Shown here: positions 9,581 to 19,338 of the stretch, one piece after another | How the letters are laid out: each line of letters begins with the position of its first letter | Numbering within the stretch: the stretch's first letter is position 1 | Source of the DNA: an uncultured Rikenellaceae bacterium | GTDB lineage: Bacteria; Bacteroidota; Bacteroidia; Bacteroidales; VadinHA17 | DNA: 61,320 bases | Direction: 5' to 3' | NCBI GenBank assembly: GCA_964410385.1 | Contig: CAYPHL010000008.1 | Location: 1-61,320, forward strand | The notes under the pieces: generated by a model | What the model saw: the letters and a program-made list of their open reading frames with translations, nothing else | Told to the model about the DNA's origin: nothing | Databases searched by the model: none | Made by a program: the position numbers and the translations under genes

Positions 9581-10303
9581 ATGAAGAAAAATCTATTAAA
9601 AATTTTAAATCTCGGGTTAATCCTGATATCAATTCCGGCAATAACCCTGGCTGAGAACCCAAACGATAAAAACGAAAGTAATATGAAAGAATTTAAAACA
9701 ACAGAATTTCCGGCTCTTCCATATGCATATGATGCGCTTGAGCCGTACATTGATGCCAGAACGATGGAGATCCATTATGACAGGCACCATAGAGCTTATT
9801 TTAATAATTTTGTAGCTGCCATCAAGGGCACAGCTCTTGAAAACAGTTCAATTGAGAAAATATTTTCAGAAGTATCAAAAGCCGGCGATGCCGTAAGAAA
9901 TAACGGCGGAGGTTTCTATAATCATGTAATTTTCTGGGAAAATCTTGGTAAAGGCACTTCAAAGCCGTCGGCTGCTCTTGCAGAAGCTATAAACCAGACT
10001 TTTGGTTCATTTGACAAATTCAGGGAGGCATTCAGTAATGCTGCAAAAACAAGATTCGGGAGCGGCTGGGCATGGCTGTACCTTACTGCTGACAAGAAAC
10101 TGGCTGTAGGTAGCACACCCAACCAGGACAATCCTCTGATGGATGTGTCGCCTGTCAAAGGAATTCCCTTACTTACAATTGATGTATGGGAACATGCATA
10201 TTATCTGAAATACCAGAACAAACGTGCTGATTATGTAGAGGCATTCTGGAATGTTGTTAACTGGGATGAGGTGAACAGGAGATATGCTGAGGCGGTAAAA
10301 TAA
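9581..10303 (+). CDS. sodA: Fe/Mn superoxide dismutase with Mn-type signature and signal peptide
   Basis: LPYAYDALEP, HYDRHH, NNGGG..NH, TPNQD, DVWEHAYY. Start at MKKNLL preferred over the track's 9533. Confidence 0.9.
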   Translation: MKKNLLKILNLGLILISIPAITLAENPNDKNESNMKEFKTTEFPALPYAYDALEPYIDARTMEIHYDRHHRAYFNNFVAAIKGTALENSSIEKIFSEVSKAGDAVRNNGGGFYNHVIFWENLGKGTSKPSAALAEAINQTFGSFDKFREAFSNAAKTRFGSGWAWLYLTADKKLAVGSTPNQDNPLMDVSPVKGIPLLTIDVWEHAYYLKYQNKRADYVEAFWNVVNWDEVNRRYAEAVK

Positions 10304-10327
10304 CCGACAAATCATTTAATCAGAAAT

Positions 10328-10359
10328 AAAAAAGGGCGTTGAAAACAACGCCCTTTTTT
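10328..10359. terminator. bidirectional intrinsic terminator
   Basis: AAAAAAGGGCGTTG-AAAA-CAACGCCCTTTTTT perfect 14-bp stem between convergent sod and acyl-CoA synthetase genes. Confidence 0.9.
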
Positions 10360-10376
10360 ATGTAAAGGATATATTT

Positions 10377-12032
10377 TTATGTGTAAAGGAACCTTTTGAT
10401 CTTCAGAGTGGCTGTTTTCTGGAAAGGCACAGGTTGAATAACCACTTTGTTGATCTTACTGAATTTGTTGACATGAGAATTTACATATTCCTGTAATTCG
10501 GTCAGGATCTCCTGTACCCTTTCCTCATATTTATCAGCTTTGTCAGCCATATCCTGTTTAAGGATGTTATATTTCTTTTCAATTTCTTCCATGTTGAGGT
10601 GGACAAGGGCAACCAGCTTGCCTTTTTGCTGTACCACAAGAGACTCGACAACGCCACGGAAATTATTGATGACGGATTCAATCTCCTCGGGGTAAATATT
10701 TTCGCCGCTGGCCCCGAGAATCATATTTTTCAAACGTCCTTTGATGTAAAGATTATTGTTCTTATCCAGTACACCCAGATCACCTGTCTTGAACCAGCCA
10801 TCAGGAGTGAGTACCTCTGCTGTCATTTCAGGATCTTTGTAATAACCTTTCATTATACTTGGGCCTTTTGCCCATATTTCGCCTTCTCCTGTTTTATTAT
10901 CGGGGTTATGGATCTTCAGTTCAATGCCTTCTATTGCCGGTCCGGTCGAATCGAAAACCGTTTTTGACGGATTTGCCCCGGCCAGAAGGGGAGATGTCTC
11001 AGTAAGCCCGTAACCTATTGCATACGGGAAGCGGGCTTCAAGGAGAAATCTTTCGACACTCTTATTCAGCTTTGCCCCGCCTATACCAAAGAATTTAAGA
11101 TTCCCACCGAAGGTCTTGTAAAGTTTCTTTCCGGCAACCTTATTGAGTATTTTCCTTGCCGGGGGAATGCTGTAGATAATCTTCATGATCCTTTTATCAG
11201 TGAAGGCAGGCAGTATCTTATTGAAATAGACTTTTTCAATTATAAGGGGAACAGTGAGCATTACAGTCGGCCTGACCTGTTCAAGTGCAGGCAGAAGAAC
11301 AGGTGGTGTTGGCGGTTTCCTCAGGTAATAAACACATGATCCGCCAAGTAACGGCAGGATCAGACCCAGCGTGTTTTCGTAGGTATGTGACAGTGGTAAG
11401 ACTGAAAGAAATCTGTCGTTCTCGTCGACATGTTGTATGACCTTACCCTTTTCTGCATTGAAGCAGATATTCCTGTGGGTGAGCATTACCCCCTTTGAAC
11501 GTCCGGTTGTGCCTGATGTATAAATAATCGATGCAAGATCTTCTTCTTCAACCACATATTCATTTAAAGGCACCGCCTCCGGATCAAATCTTACAGAGCT
11601 GTTCTCAGAAAACAGAATCGAGAAATCATCCAGAAGTATCCCGGTTTCAAGAGAACCGTGTTTCAGGCCTTCCATACGGTGTAACAGACCTGAGGATATA
11701 AAAAGTGCCTTTGCACCTGAATGTTCAAGAACATTAGCAAATTCAGTAGCTGAAAAATCAGGAAGCACAGGAACAACAACTGCTCCCATAAATGTAATTG
11801 AAAAATAGGCTATTGCCCAGTTCGGCATGTTGGTGCTGAGAATTGCAACCCTGTCGCCTTTCTCAATACCTGCCGACTCCAGAAAGGCTGTTACCGACCT
11901 TATGGATTTGGCAGCGGCCTCAAATGTCATGGGATCTTCCCCGACAAATGAATATGCGCGGGATTTTCCATGTTTCAATAAAGTATTATTGAAAATTGAC
12001 GGAAGTGTAAGAACATTTTCCTTATGATCCAT
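10377..12032 (-). CDS. long-chain fatty acid-CoA ligase (AMP-binding)
   Basis: YTSGTTGRSKG, GYGLTETSP, FKTGDLG, IKGRLK, NIYPEEIE. Confidence 0.92.
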   Translation of the reverse strand: MDHKENVLTLPSIFNNTLLKHGKSRAYSFVGEDPMTFEAAAKSIRSVTAFLESAGIEKGDRVAILSTNMPNWAIAYFSITFMGAVVVPVLPDFSATEFANVLEHSGAKALFISSGLLHRMEGLKHGSLETGILLDDFSILFSENSSVRFDPEAVPLNEYVVEEEDLASIIYTSGTTGRSKGVMLTHRNICFNAEKGKVIQHVDENDRFLSVLPLSHTYENTLGLILPLLGGSCVYYLRKPPTPPVLLPALEQVRPTVMLTVPLIIEKVYFNKILPAFTDKRIMKIIYSIPPARKILNKVAGKKLYKTFGGNLKFFGIGGAKLNKSVERFLLEARFPYAIGYGLTETSPLLAGANPSKTVFDSTGPAIEGIELKIHNPDNKTGEGEIWAKGPSIMKGYYKDPEMTAEVLTPDGWFKTGDLGVLDKNNNLYIKGRLKNMILGASGENIYPEEIESVINNFRGVVESLVVQQKGKLVALVHLNMEEIEKKYNILKQDMADKADKYEERVQEILTELQEYVNSHVNKFSKINKVVIQPVPFQKTATLKIKRFLYT

Positions 12033-12061
12033 TTAACACTTATTAGTGAAGCAAAAGTGTG

Positions 12062-12069
12062 CAAAGGTA
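12062..12069 (-). promoter_or_regulatory. sigma-A -7 box (TACCTTTG) for the acyl-CoA synthetase
   Basis: Exact TAnnTTTG followed by CA. Confidence 0.6.
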
Positions 12070-12165
12070 CTTAATTCTCATCACCTTTCTGTTAAATGGT
12101 GATAAATATTATGGTTGCCTCAGTGAAGACTTTACATAAATCAGCCGGGTTTCCGGTATATTAAC

Positions 12166-12173
12166 TATTTTTG
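12166..12173 (+). promoter_or_regulatory. sigma-A -7 box (TATTTTTG) for queD-polA
   Basis: TAnnTTTG 27 nt upstream of ATG. Confidence 0.5.
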
Positions 12174-12200
12174 ATTTTTTAAACTGAATAACAAATATCT

Positions 12201-12650
12201 ATGAGTATAATAAGGGTAACAAGGGAATTTTCTTTTGAGATGGCACACGTCCTTAAAGGCTATGACGGGCCGTGCAGGAATGTGCACGGGCATTCATACC
12301 GTCTTTTTGTTACTGTCAGAGGAGAACCGATTAACGATAGCAGAAGTCCCAAAAACGGAATGGTTATGGATTTTACAGATCTTAAAGAAATAGTCCTTAA
12401 AACTATAATTGAACGCTTTGATCATTCAGTTGTTATGAGCAATGATTTTGCCGGGGAAAAGAAAAAAATGATGGCAGATGCTTTCGGAAATGCTGTAATA
12501 GTCGGTTATCAGCCCACCTGTGAGAATCTTGTTACCGATTTTGCCCGTATGCTGAAAAATTCACTGCCGGCAGGAGTCAGATTACACAGCCTCAGGCTCT
12601 GTGAAACAGCAAAATCATATGCCGAATGGTTTGCCAGTGATAATGAATAA
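12201..12650 (+). CDS. queD: 6-carboxy-5,6,7,8-tetrahydropterin synthase (PTPS family)
   Basis: FEMAH, CRNVHGHSY, MVMDF, PTCENL, LCET. Confidence 0.88.
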   Translation: MSIIRVTREFSFEMAHVLKGYDGPCRNVHGHSYRLFVTVRGEPINDSRSPKNGMVMDFTDLKEIVLKTIIERFDHSVVMSNDFAGEKKKMMADAFGNAVIVGYQPTCENLVTDFARMLKNSLPAGVRLHSLRLCETAKSYAEWFASDNE

Positions 12651-12656
12651 AACAAT

Positions 12657-15515
12657 ATGCAGGATAATCAGGATAAGAAACTGTTTCTGCTCGATGCATA
12701 TGCACTGATCTTCAGATCATATTATGCATTCATCAGGAATCCGAGGATCACATCCAAAGGATTGAATACTTCCGCAATATTTGGCTTTCTGCTTACTCTT
12801 GAAGAGGTTCTGCAGAAACAGAGACCTACTCATATTGCAGTGGTGTTCGATGTTTCCGGACCCACTTTCCGCCACGAGATGTACAAAGAGTATAAAGCCA
12901 ACCGTGATGAAACGCCTGAAGATATAAAAACAGCCGTTCCTTACATCAAGCGGCTTATTGAAGCTTACAGGATACCCGTTATTGATTATCCGGGATTTGA
13001 AGCCGACGATGTGATCGGCACTCTCGCAAAGAAAGCATCAGCCAGGGGATTCACAACATATATGATGACTCCCGATAAGGATTTCGCCCAGCTCGTCTCC
13101 GGAAATATCTTCATGTATAAACCCTCAAGAAGCGGAAATGAATCTGTTATATGGGGAATTGAAGATATTAAACGCGAATTCGAAGTCGAACGGCCCGAAC
13201 AGGTGATTGATATTCTTGCCCTGATGGGTGATACGGCAGATAATATTCCCGGAGCTCCCGGTGTAGGACCAAAAACCGCGATGAAACTGATATCTGAATA
13301 CGGCTCGGTTGAGGAACTTTTCAAAAATACGGATAAACTTAAAGGCAGGCTTAAAGAAATCATAGAAGATAACAGGGAGAAAATAGAACTTTCCAAAAAA
13401 CTGGCGACAATAATAGTTGATGTACCGGTAGATCTTGAAGAAGATAATCTGGTTACAGAAACTCCTGATGTACAAAAACTTAAAGTACTGTTTGAAGAGC
13501 TGGAATTTAAGACCGCCGCCGCCAGGATACTTTCAAATGCATCCGTACAACAATCCCGGTTTGCAGATAAATCTCAGCCCCAACCTCAGCCTCAGCCTCA
13601 GCCCCAATCTCAACCTCAGCCTCAATCTCAACCTCAGCCTCAAAATCCCCAGGGAACACTCTTTTCCGATGATTTACAGGAATCAGTTATTGACCGGTCG
13701 TCCCTGAAAGACATTAACAGTGTTCAGCATGACTACAAACTTATTTCTGATAATTCTGAACTGAAACAATTAATTGATCTTGTGCTGCAAAAGAAAGAGA
13801 TCTGCTTCGATACGGAAACAACCAGTATTGATGCACTTCAATCTGAAATTGTTGCACTTGCATTGTCGTGGGAAAAACATAAAGGATACCTGATACATTT
13901 TGCCGGGAGCGAAAAAGATACTTTAGAAAAGCTTGAAATAATAAGGCCTTTGTTTGAAAATCCGTCTATCCTGAAAATAGGTCAGAACTGCAAATTTGAT
14001 ATCCAGGTACTGGAGAACTATGGAATCAGAGTGAAAGGACCTCTTTTTGATACAATGATCGCCCACTATCTTCTTGAACCCGATATGCGCCATAATATGA
14101 ACCTTCTCTCGGAAATATATCTTTCTTATACTCCGGTTCATATCGAATCTCTCATCGGGGAAAAAGGACAGAATCAGAAGAACATGAGAGCTGTACCACC
14201 TGAGCTGATCAGGGAATATGCAGTTGAGGATGCAGATGTCACTCTTCAGCTTAAAGAGATCTTTGAATCCGGAATAAGGAAAGAGGGACTTTCTGAACTG
14301 GCAACTGAAATTGAAATGCCTCTGATAAATGTACTCGCTTCAATGGAAAGGAACGGGGTTATCCTCGATGAAGCGGAGCTTAAAAGAATAACTGCAGATC
14401 TGAGGGATGATATTATTAACCTTGAGAAAGATATCTATTTGCTTGCAGGCACGGAATTCAATATTTCTTCTCCGAAACAGCTCGGGGATATTCTTTTTCT
14501 CAGGCTTAAGCTTGACGATAAGGCAAGGATGACAAAAACAAAACAATTTGTCACGAACGAAGAGATCCTTCAGCGGCTTGCCCATAAGCACCCCATTGTC
14601 GACAAGGTGCTGGAATACAGAGGATTGAAAAAGCTGTTATCTACATATGTCGAAGCTCTTCCACAGCTGATAAACAAAAAAACCGGCAGGATACATACAT
14701 CGTTCAACCAGGCTGTTGCTTCAACCGGCCGCTTAAGCTCGAATAATCCTAATCTTCAGAACATTCCTGTCAGGGATGAAAGGGGCAGGGAGATAAGAAA
14801 AGCCTTTATACCGGCAGAAGGTTGTATTTTCTTTTCGGCTGATTATTCTCAGATTGAGCTGAGGCTGATGGCACATCTCAGCGGGGATAAAAGCATGATC
14901 TCTGATTTCCTTTCGGGCAGCGATATTCATGCAGCAACAGCAGCCAAGATCTTCGGTATTAATATCAGTGAAGTTACAAGGGAAATGCGCAGCCGGGCAA
15001 AAACTGCCAATTTCGGCATAATTTACGGAATATCTTCCTTCGGCCTCTCCGAAAGACTTACAATAGGGAGGAAGGAAGCCAAAGATCTCATTGACGGTTA
15101 TTTTGCATCATATCCGGGAGTAAAAACCTATATGGACGATAGTATCCGCAAGGCAAGGGAAAAAGGATATGTTACCACAATGTTCGGCAGGAGAAGGTAT
15201 TTGCGTGATATTCATTCAAGGAATCAGGTAGTAAGGGGAAATGCCGAACGAAATGCTATTAATGCCCCTATCCAGGGCAGTGCAGCAGATATAATCAAGA
15301 TTGCAATGGTAAGGATCCATGAGAAATTACAAAAGAAGAACTTTAAATCCAGGATGATCCTCCAGGTGCATGATGAGCTTATTTTTGAAGTCCCGCACTC
15401 AGAGCTTGACAGGCTCAGGGAGATGGTTATATATGAAATGTCGAATGCTGCAAGCCTGGATGTGCCGTTAAAAGTGGACTGGGGTACAGGCCGGAACTGG
15501 CTGGAGGCACATTAG
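12657..15515 (+). CDS. polA: DNA polymerase I (5'-3' exonuclease, intact-looking 3'-5' exonuclease, polymerase)
   Basis: EADDVIGTL, GDTADNIPG; DTETT / QNCKFD / YAVED exonuclease motifs; ADYSQIELR, KTANFGIIYG, QVHDEL. Confidence 0.98.
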   Translation: MQDNQDKKLFLLDAYALIFRSYYAFIRNPRITSKGLNTSAIFGFLLTLEEVLQKQRPTHIAVVFDVSGPTFRHEMYKEYKANRDETPEDIKTAVPYIKRLIEAYRIPVIDYPGFEADDVIGTLAKKASARGFTTYMMTPDKDFAQLVSGNIFMYKPSRSGNESVIWGIEDIKREFEVERPEQVIDILALMGDTADNIPGAPGVGPKTAMKLISEYGSVEELFKNTDKLKGRLKEIIEDNREKIELSKKLATIIVDVPVDLEEDNLVTETPDVQKLKVLFEELEFKTAAARILSNASVQQSRFADKSQPQPQPQPQPQSQPQPQSQPQPQNPQGTLFSDDLQESVIDRSSLKDINSVQHDYKLISDNSELKQLIDLVLQKKEICFDTETTSIDALQSEIVALALSWEKHKGYLIHFAGSEKDTLEKLEIIRPLFENPSILKIGQNCKFDIQVLENYGIRVKGPLFDTMIAHYLLEPDMRHNMNLLSEIYLSYTPVHIESLIGEKGQNQKNMRAVPPELIREYAVEDADVTLQLKEIFESGIRKEGLSELATEIEMPLINVLASMERNGVILDEAELKRITADLRDDIINLEKDIYLLAGTEFNISSPKQLGDILFLRLKLDDKARMTKTKQFVTNEEILQRLAHKHPIVDKVLEYRGLKKLLSTYVEALPQLINKKTGRIHTSFNQAVASTGRLSSNNPNLQNIPVRDERGREIRKAFIPAEGCIFFSADYSQIELRLMAHLSGDKSMISDFLSGSDIHAATAAKIFGINISEVTREMRSRAKTANFGIIYGISSFGLSERLTIGRKEAKDLIDGYFASYPGVKTYMDDSIRKAREKGYVTTMFGRRRYLRDIHSRNQVVRGNAERNAINAPIQGSAADIIKIAMVRIHEKLQKKNFKSRMILQVHDELIFEVPHSELDRLREMVIYEMSNAASLDVPLKVDWGTGRNWLEAH
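13572..13642 (+). repeat. imperfect hexamer tandem repeat (CCTCAG/CCTCAA/TCTCAA/CCCCAA) encoding (PQ/SQ)n
   Basis: About 12 units giving SQPQPQPQPQPQSQPQPQSQPQPQ in the PolA interdomain linker. Confidence 0.9.
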
Positions 15516-17190
15516 CCCTGAGTACCGGTGCGCTTTTCCCGCTGAGAATAGAACTGTATTTCCCTTTATCGTTAAGTATTTCAAGCGCCCTGAGGATCTG
15601 TTCGTCTTTTTTAACTGACCAGGCAATTGCGCCCTCTTCATAAAAATATCTTCCGATGATCTCTTCTTCAAGCAAAGCCGAGATCTCATCCCTGAAAATT
15701 GTAAGGTCATGGTCAATATTATGGGCTATATCATTTTGAAGTTCTTCGAAAAGATCCTTGTGCAGTTCATAATATTTTTCTTTCTTTGCACTGGCAATCA
15801 GTTCATTAAGAGAGGTCTCGGTAATTGTTCTATAACTGAAATTACGTTCTTTAAGAAAGTCTGCGAAATCAGCATAATCCTTATCGCTCAGTTTAAATTG
15901 TGACGGTGATTCCGGTGCAGGATGAGACCAGTAATAACGTGTTGCGAAGTCGAAAATAAAGTTCCTCAGATACAATTCTGCCGAGATCTGACTCATTGCT
16001 TCAGGATCTACTGTAACATCGGGGGTTATCCCTCCTCCGTCTTTCACAATACGTCCGTTACGGGTCCTGAATTCGGTTACCAGCGAATCCGGGATTATAC
16101 CTACGCTACCGTCCTCATTGGGATGTGAGAAATCGATTGCCTGGATACATCTTCCGGAGGGTATATAGTACTTCGCCGTTGTTATTTTAAGCTGGGTATT
16201 ATAGCTTAAGGGGCGGGTAACCTGAACAAGACCTTTCCCGTATGAGCGCTGTCCGACAATTACTCCCCTGTCGAGATCCTGGATAGCGCCGGCAACTATT
16301 TCAGCTGCTGATGCTGAACCTCTGTTTATAAGCACTGCAAGAGGAATTGTTTCATCAGTTGCTGCTTTTGTGGTCCTGAAATTATCATCAAACTGTTTTA
16401 CCTTTCCTTTCGTGGAAACCACATCGCTGCCGGGACCGACAAAAAGGTTAACAATTTCAACTGCTTCGGACAGCAATCCCCCGGGATTAGCTCTTACGTC
16501 AAGAATTATCTGTTCAGGATTGTTTTTTTTAAGCTCCGTGAGAGCATTTTTAACATCGGTAATACAATTCTGGGTAAAATTAGTGAAACGAATATATCCG
16601 GTCTTGCTGTCAATCATCCCATAGTAAGGAACAGGCGGGATAATGATCCTTTCCCTTTTCATCACATGGTCCGATTCTTTTCCGGCCCTTTCGATTGTAA
16701 CTGTAATATCTGAACCGGGATTTCCTTTCAGCCTGTCGCTTACTTTATCTGTCGGCATTCCTTTCAGAGAAACACCGTCAACTTTTTTTATTTTATCACC
16801 TGCCTTTATTCCTGCTTTATCAGCCGGGAAACCCTTGTAAACTTCGCTTATAACCACATAATCGCCGCCGCCTCTCACAAGTGAGCCTATCCCGCCGTAT
16901 TTACCAGTGGTCATAAAAGTAAAATCATCCGCATCCGATTCAGGATAATATACAGTATATGGATCCAGGGTCTTAAGCATATTATCAATACCCGATTTTA
17001 TAACTTTATCAGGATCTATCTCGTCAACATAAAATGTGTTAAGCTCCCTGAAAAGCGACAGGAAAATATCGAGATTCTTGGCAATTCTGAAATCCCGTGT
17101 TTCCTGAAGGCTTAGAAATCCAACACTTAAACCTGAAATTATCAGGAAACTCAGGATCATTATAAGTCTGCCTTTATGTATCTTTTTCAT
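15427..17190 (-). CDS. ctpA: S41A C-terminal processing protease (PDZ)
   Basis: LDPYT, YGGIG (PDZ), LDVRANPGG, SASAAEIV (Ser), YGKGLVQ (Lys); N-terminal TM/signal. Confidence 0.93.
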   Translation of the reverse strand: MKKIHKGRLIMILSFLIISGLSVGFLSLQETRDFRIAKNLDIFLSLFRELNTFYVDEIDPDKVIKSGIDNMLKTLDPYTVYYPESDADDFTFMTTGKYGGIGSLVRGGGDYVVISEVYKGFPADKAGIKAGDKIKKVDGVSLKGMPTDKVSDRLKGNPGSDITVTIERAGKESDHVMKRERIIIPPVPYYGMIDSKTGYIRFTNFTQNCITDVKNALTELKKNNPEQIILDVRANPGGLLSEAVEIVNLFVGPGSDVVSTKGKVKQFDDNFRTTKAATDETIPLAVLINRGSASAAEIVAGAIQDLDRGVIVGQRSYGKGLVQVTRPLSYNTQLKITTAKYYIPSGRCIQAIDFSHPNEDGSVGIIPDSLVTEFRTRNGRIVKDGGGITPDVTVDPEAMSQISAELYLRNFIFDFATRYYWSHPAPESPSQFKLSDKDYADFADFLKERNFSYRTITETSLNELIASAKKEKYYELHKDLFEELQNDIAHNIDHDLTIFRDEISALLEEEIIGRYFYEEGAIAWSVKKDEQILRALEILNDKGKYSSILSGKSAPVLRANVPPASSGLYPSPLLTAHPGLQHSTFHI

Positions 17191-17272
17191 GACTTTAAAA
17201 TTGGACCGACGAAAATAAGAAGAATATTTATTATAAGGATTTGATTGAGGGTTAATTATAATAACTTTAACA

Positions 17273-17674
17273 TTATCTGCCGGCTGTAATTATTTCAGAT
17301 CTCAATTTTTCAAGCATTTCTTTGATTCCTGTTTCCATTGTACCGAAATCTGCCGGCTTTTCTTTCCTGTAGATAACTATCAGAGCGATATTTATATTTT
17401 GTGAATCCAGGAATTCATAAAGTAAATCTTTATTCTTCCTGTAAGCTTCTCTCATTCTTCGTTTCAGCAGATTCCTTTTTACTGCATGGCGGAATGCTTT
17501 TTTCGGGACCATAAAAGCGATCTCTGCAGGGAAGCCTGAATTAAGATCAGTTGTTGCCCACAATACCCTGAAATAATGTGTGTAAAATACCTTCCCCGAC
17601 CTGAAAAGGCCGGTTATTATCTTCCGACTGCAAAGCCTTTCGGCTTTTTTGAATGTCTGACGGTAAGCGATCAT
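17273..17674 (-). CDS. rnpA: ribonuclease P protein component
   Basis: TFKKAERL, VPKK...AVKRNLLKRRMREAYR (RNR-type motif). Confidence 0.9.
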   Translation of the reverse strand: MIAYRQTFKKAERLCSRKIITGLFRSGKVFYTHYFRVLWATTDLNSGFPAEIAFMVPKKAFRHAVKRNLLKRRMREAYRKNKDLLYEFLDSQNINIALIVIYRKEKPADFGTMETGIKEMLEKLRSEIITAGR

Positions 17675-17740
17675 TCAGGCAGGCCCTGTTATCAGAGTTC
17701 CTTAATTAAAAAAGAAATGTACTAATCTGCAGAATAGATT

Positions 17741-18493
17741 TTACTTTGAATTCCGGTTATGCTCCTTAAGGAAGTTATCCAGAGCCATTGTCATGGATGG
17801 TGCTTTTGGATTTGGTGCATTTATATCCAGCCTGAGGCCTTCCTGTTCCACGGCACATGCCGTTGTGGGGCCAAAAGCCGCTATTTTTATTTCACCCTGC
17901 ACAAAATCCGGAAAATTCTCCTTGAGCGATTTTATCCCGGAAGGACTGTAAAAAACAAGAATATCATAATCGAAATTCTGTACATTCGAAAAATTGCTGC
18001 TTATAGTTTTATACAAAATACCTATCGAATATCTGATAGAATTTTTACCAAGCAATTCAGGGATCTCAGCATTGTGAGGCTCAGATAGAGGTACAAAATA
18101 ATTATCGTCCTTATGTTTGATAATGATATCGATGAGATCCTGGAATTTTGCCTTGCCGTGGAAAATCTTCCGCTTTCTGTAAACTATGTATTTCTGCAGG
18201 TAAAAAGCAACATTTTCTGTAATGCAGAAATACTTCATTGTGTCGGGGACTGTGATTCTCAGCTCATTGCATATTCTGAAAAAGTGATCTATACCAGTTT
18301 TACTGGTGAAGATCACGGCTGAATAATCGAGGATATTAATTTTCTGATGCCTGAAATCCTTTGATGAGATCCCTTCAACCTGGACAAAGGGTTTGAATTC
18401 AACTTTCAGATTATATTTTTTTGCCAGGTCGAAATATGGCGACTTCGGATTCATCGGTTCTGGCTGCGACACTAAAATCTTCCTTATTTTCAA
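17741..18493 (-). CDS. hemD: uroporphyrinogen-III synthase-like protein (Bacteroidota HemD family), TTG start
   Basis: ILVSQP, VIFTSKTGIDHFF, FYSPSGIKS, AFGPTT; typical synteny DUF4271-hemD-rnpA. Confidence 0.8.
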   Translation of the reverse strand: MKIRKILVSQPEPMNPKSPYFDLAKKYNLKVEFKPFVQVEGISSKDFRHQKINILDYSAVIFTSKTGIDHFFRICNELRITVPDTMKYFCITENVAFYLQKYIVYRKRKIFHGKAKFQDLIDIIIKHKDDNYFVPLSEPHNAEIPELLGKNSIRYSIGILYKTISSNFSNVQNFDYDILVFYSPSGIKSLKENFPDFVQGEIKIAAFGPTTACAVEQEGLRLDINAPNPKAPSMTMALDNFLKEHNRNSK

Positions 18494-18540
18494 CGCCTTA
18501 CAGTTTTAGTTATACTATTCAGGGACCACTCGCTTCTTCG

Positions 18541-19338
18541 CTAAAACAGATCGGTTAAATATTTAAGAACCACCAATACCGGAAGAAATTCCAGCGCACA
18601 AAGGTACAAAATGAAATATAAAATAGAAATACTACGCTTCAGAAAAATCAACAACAGCCTCAGAACACGCATAAAATATGCCGTCAGAACAATAAAAAGT
18701 CCTGAATTCAGAATAATCCGGGGTGCCGGGAAAGTTGTATATGCAAGCAAAATTGTAAACAAAAACAGGATAAAACCGGTAATTTGATATGACTGGTGAA
18801 CTGTAGCGCAATATTCTCCGAATACATCTCTCGCACCGGTAATGCTTGCCATAAGAGTGCAAATAATATGCCTTACAAGCACCAGTAAAATCACAAGGCC
18901 GAAGATAACAATCCAGAATAGTATTCCTGAAAGTCCGTTGGGATTAAAACCATGATAATCAGCTGTTAAGTATGCAAATAATGCCGTCCCCGAGAAGGAA
19001 ACTGCGTTTGCAAGAATTGACTGCCACTGTAAGAAAATACCTCTTTCACGCGATGCAGGATCACCGATACCCCTGAAGAGCAGGAATGCCTTGATACTAT
19101 GAAATAACCTGCCGGGAAAGGCGCTGAGCGTTGAATAGATGAATGCTGATGCAAGAACAATTATTATTATCCAGTCGTCCCTGAATGGCTCTGGTTCAAA
19201 TTCCTTGCCTTCACGAAGATCTGAGGTGATAATTCCGGCTTTCCCGGATCCCCTGTCTTCACTTTCTTTAATAAACGTGAAGGGGAAAAAAACAGGATGA
19301 CCGGAAATAAATGAAGTATCCTGTTCAGAAATGATCAT
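18541..19338 (-). CDS. DUF4271-like inner-membrane protein
   Basis: Multi-TM; C-terminal YFILYLCALEFLP signature; position upstream of hemD. Start moved from 19428 to avoid a 104-nt overlap with deoC. Confidence 0.75.
   Translation of the reverse strand: MIISEQDTSFISGHPVFFPFTFIKESEDRGSGKAGIITSDLREGKEFEPEPFRDDWIIIIVLASAFIYSTLSAFPGRLFHSIKAFLLFRGIGDPASRERGIFLQWQSILANAVSFSGTALFAYLTADYHGFNPNGLSGILFWIVIFGLVILLVLVRHIICTLMASITGARDVFGEYCATVHQSYQITGFILFLFTILLAYTTFPAPRIILNSGLFIVLTAYFMRVLRLLLIFLKRSISILYFILYLCALEFLPVLVVLKYLTDLF

Noticed and set aside
13435-13707. 90-aa ORF with LSPNLSLSLSPNLNLSLNLNLSL
   Set aside because: Alternative-frame reading of the polA hexamer repeat.
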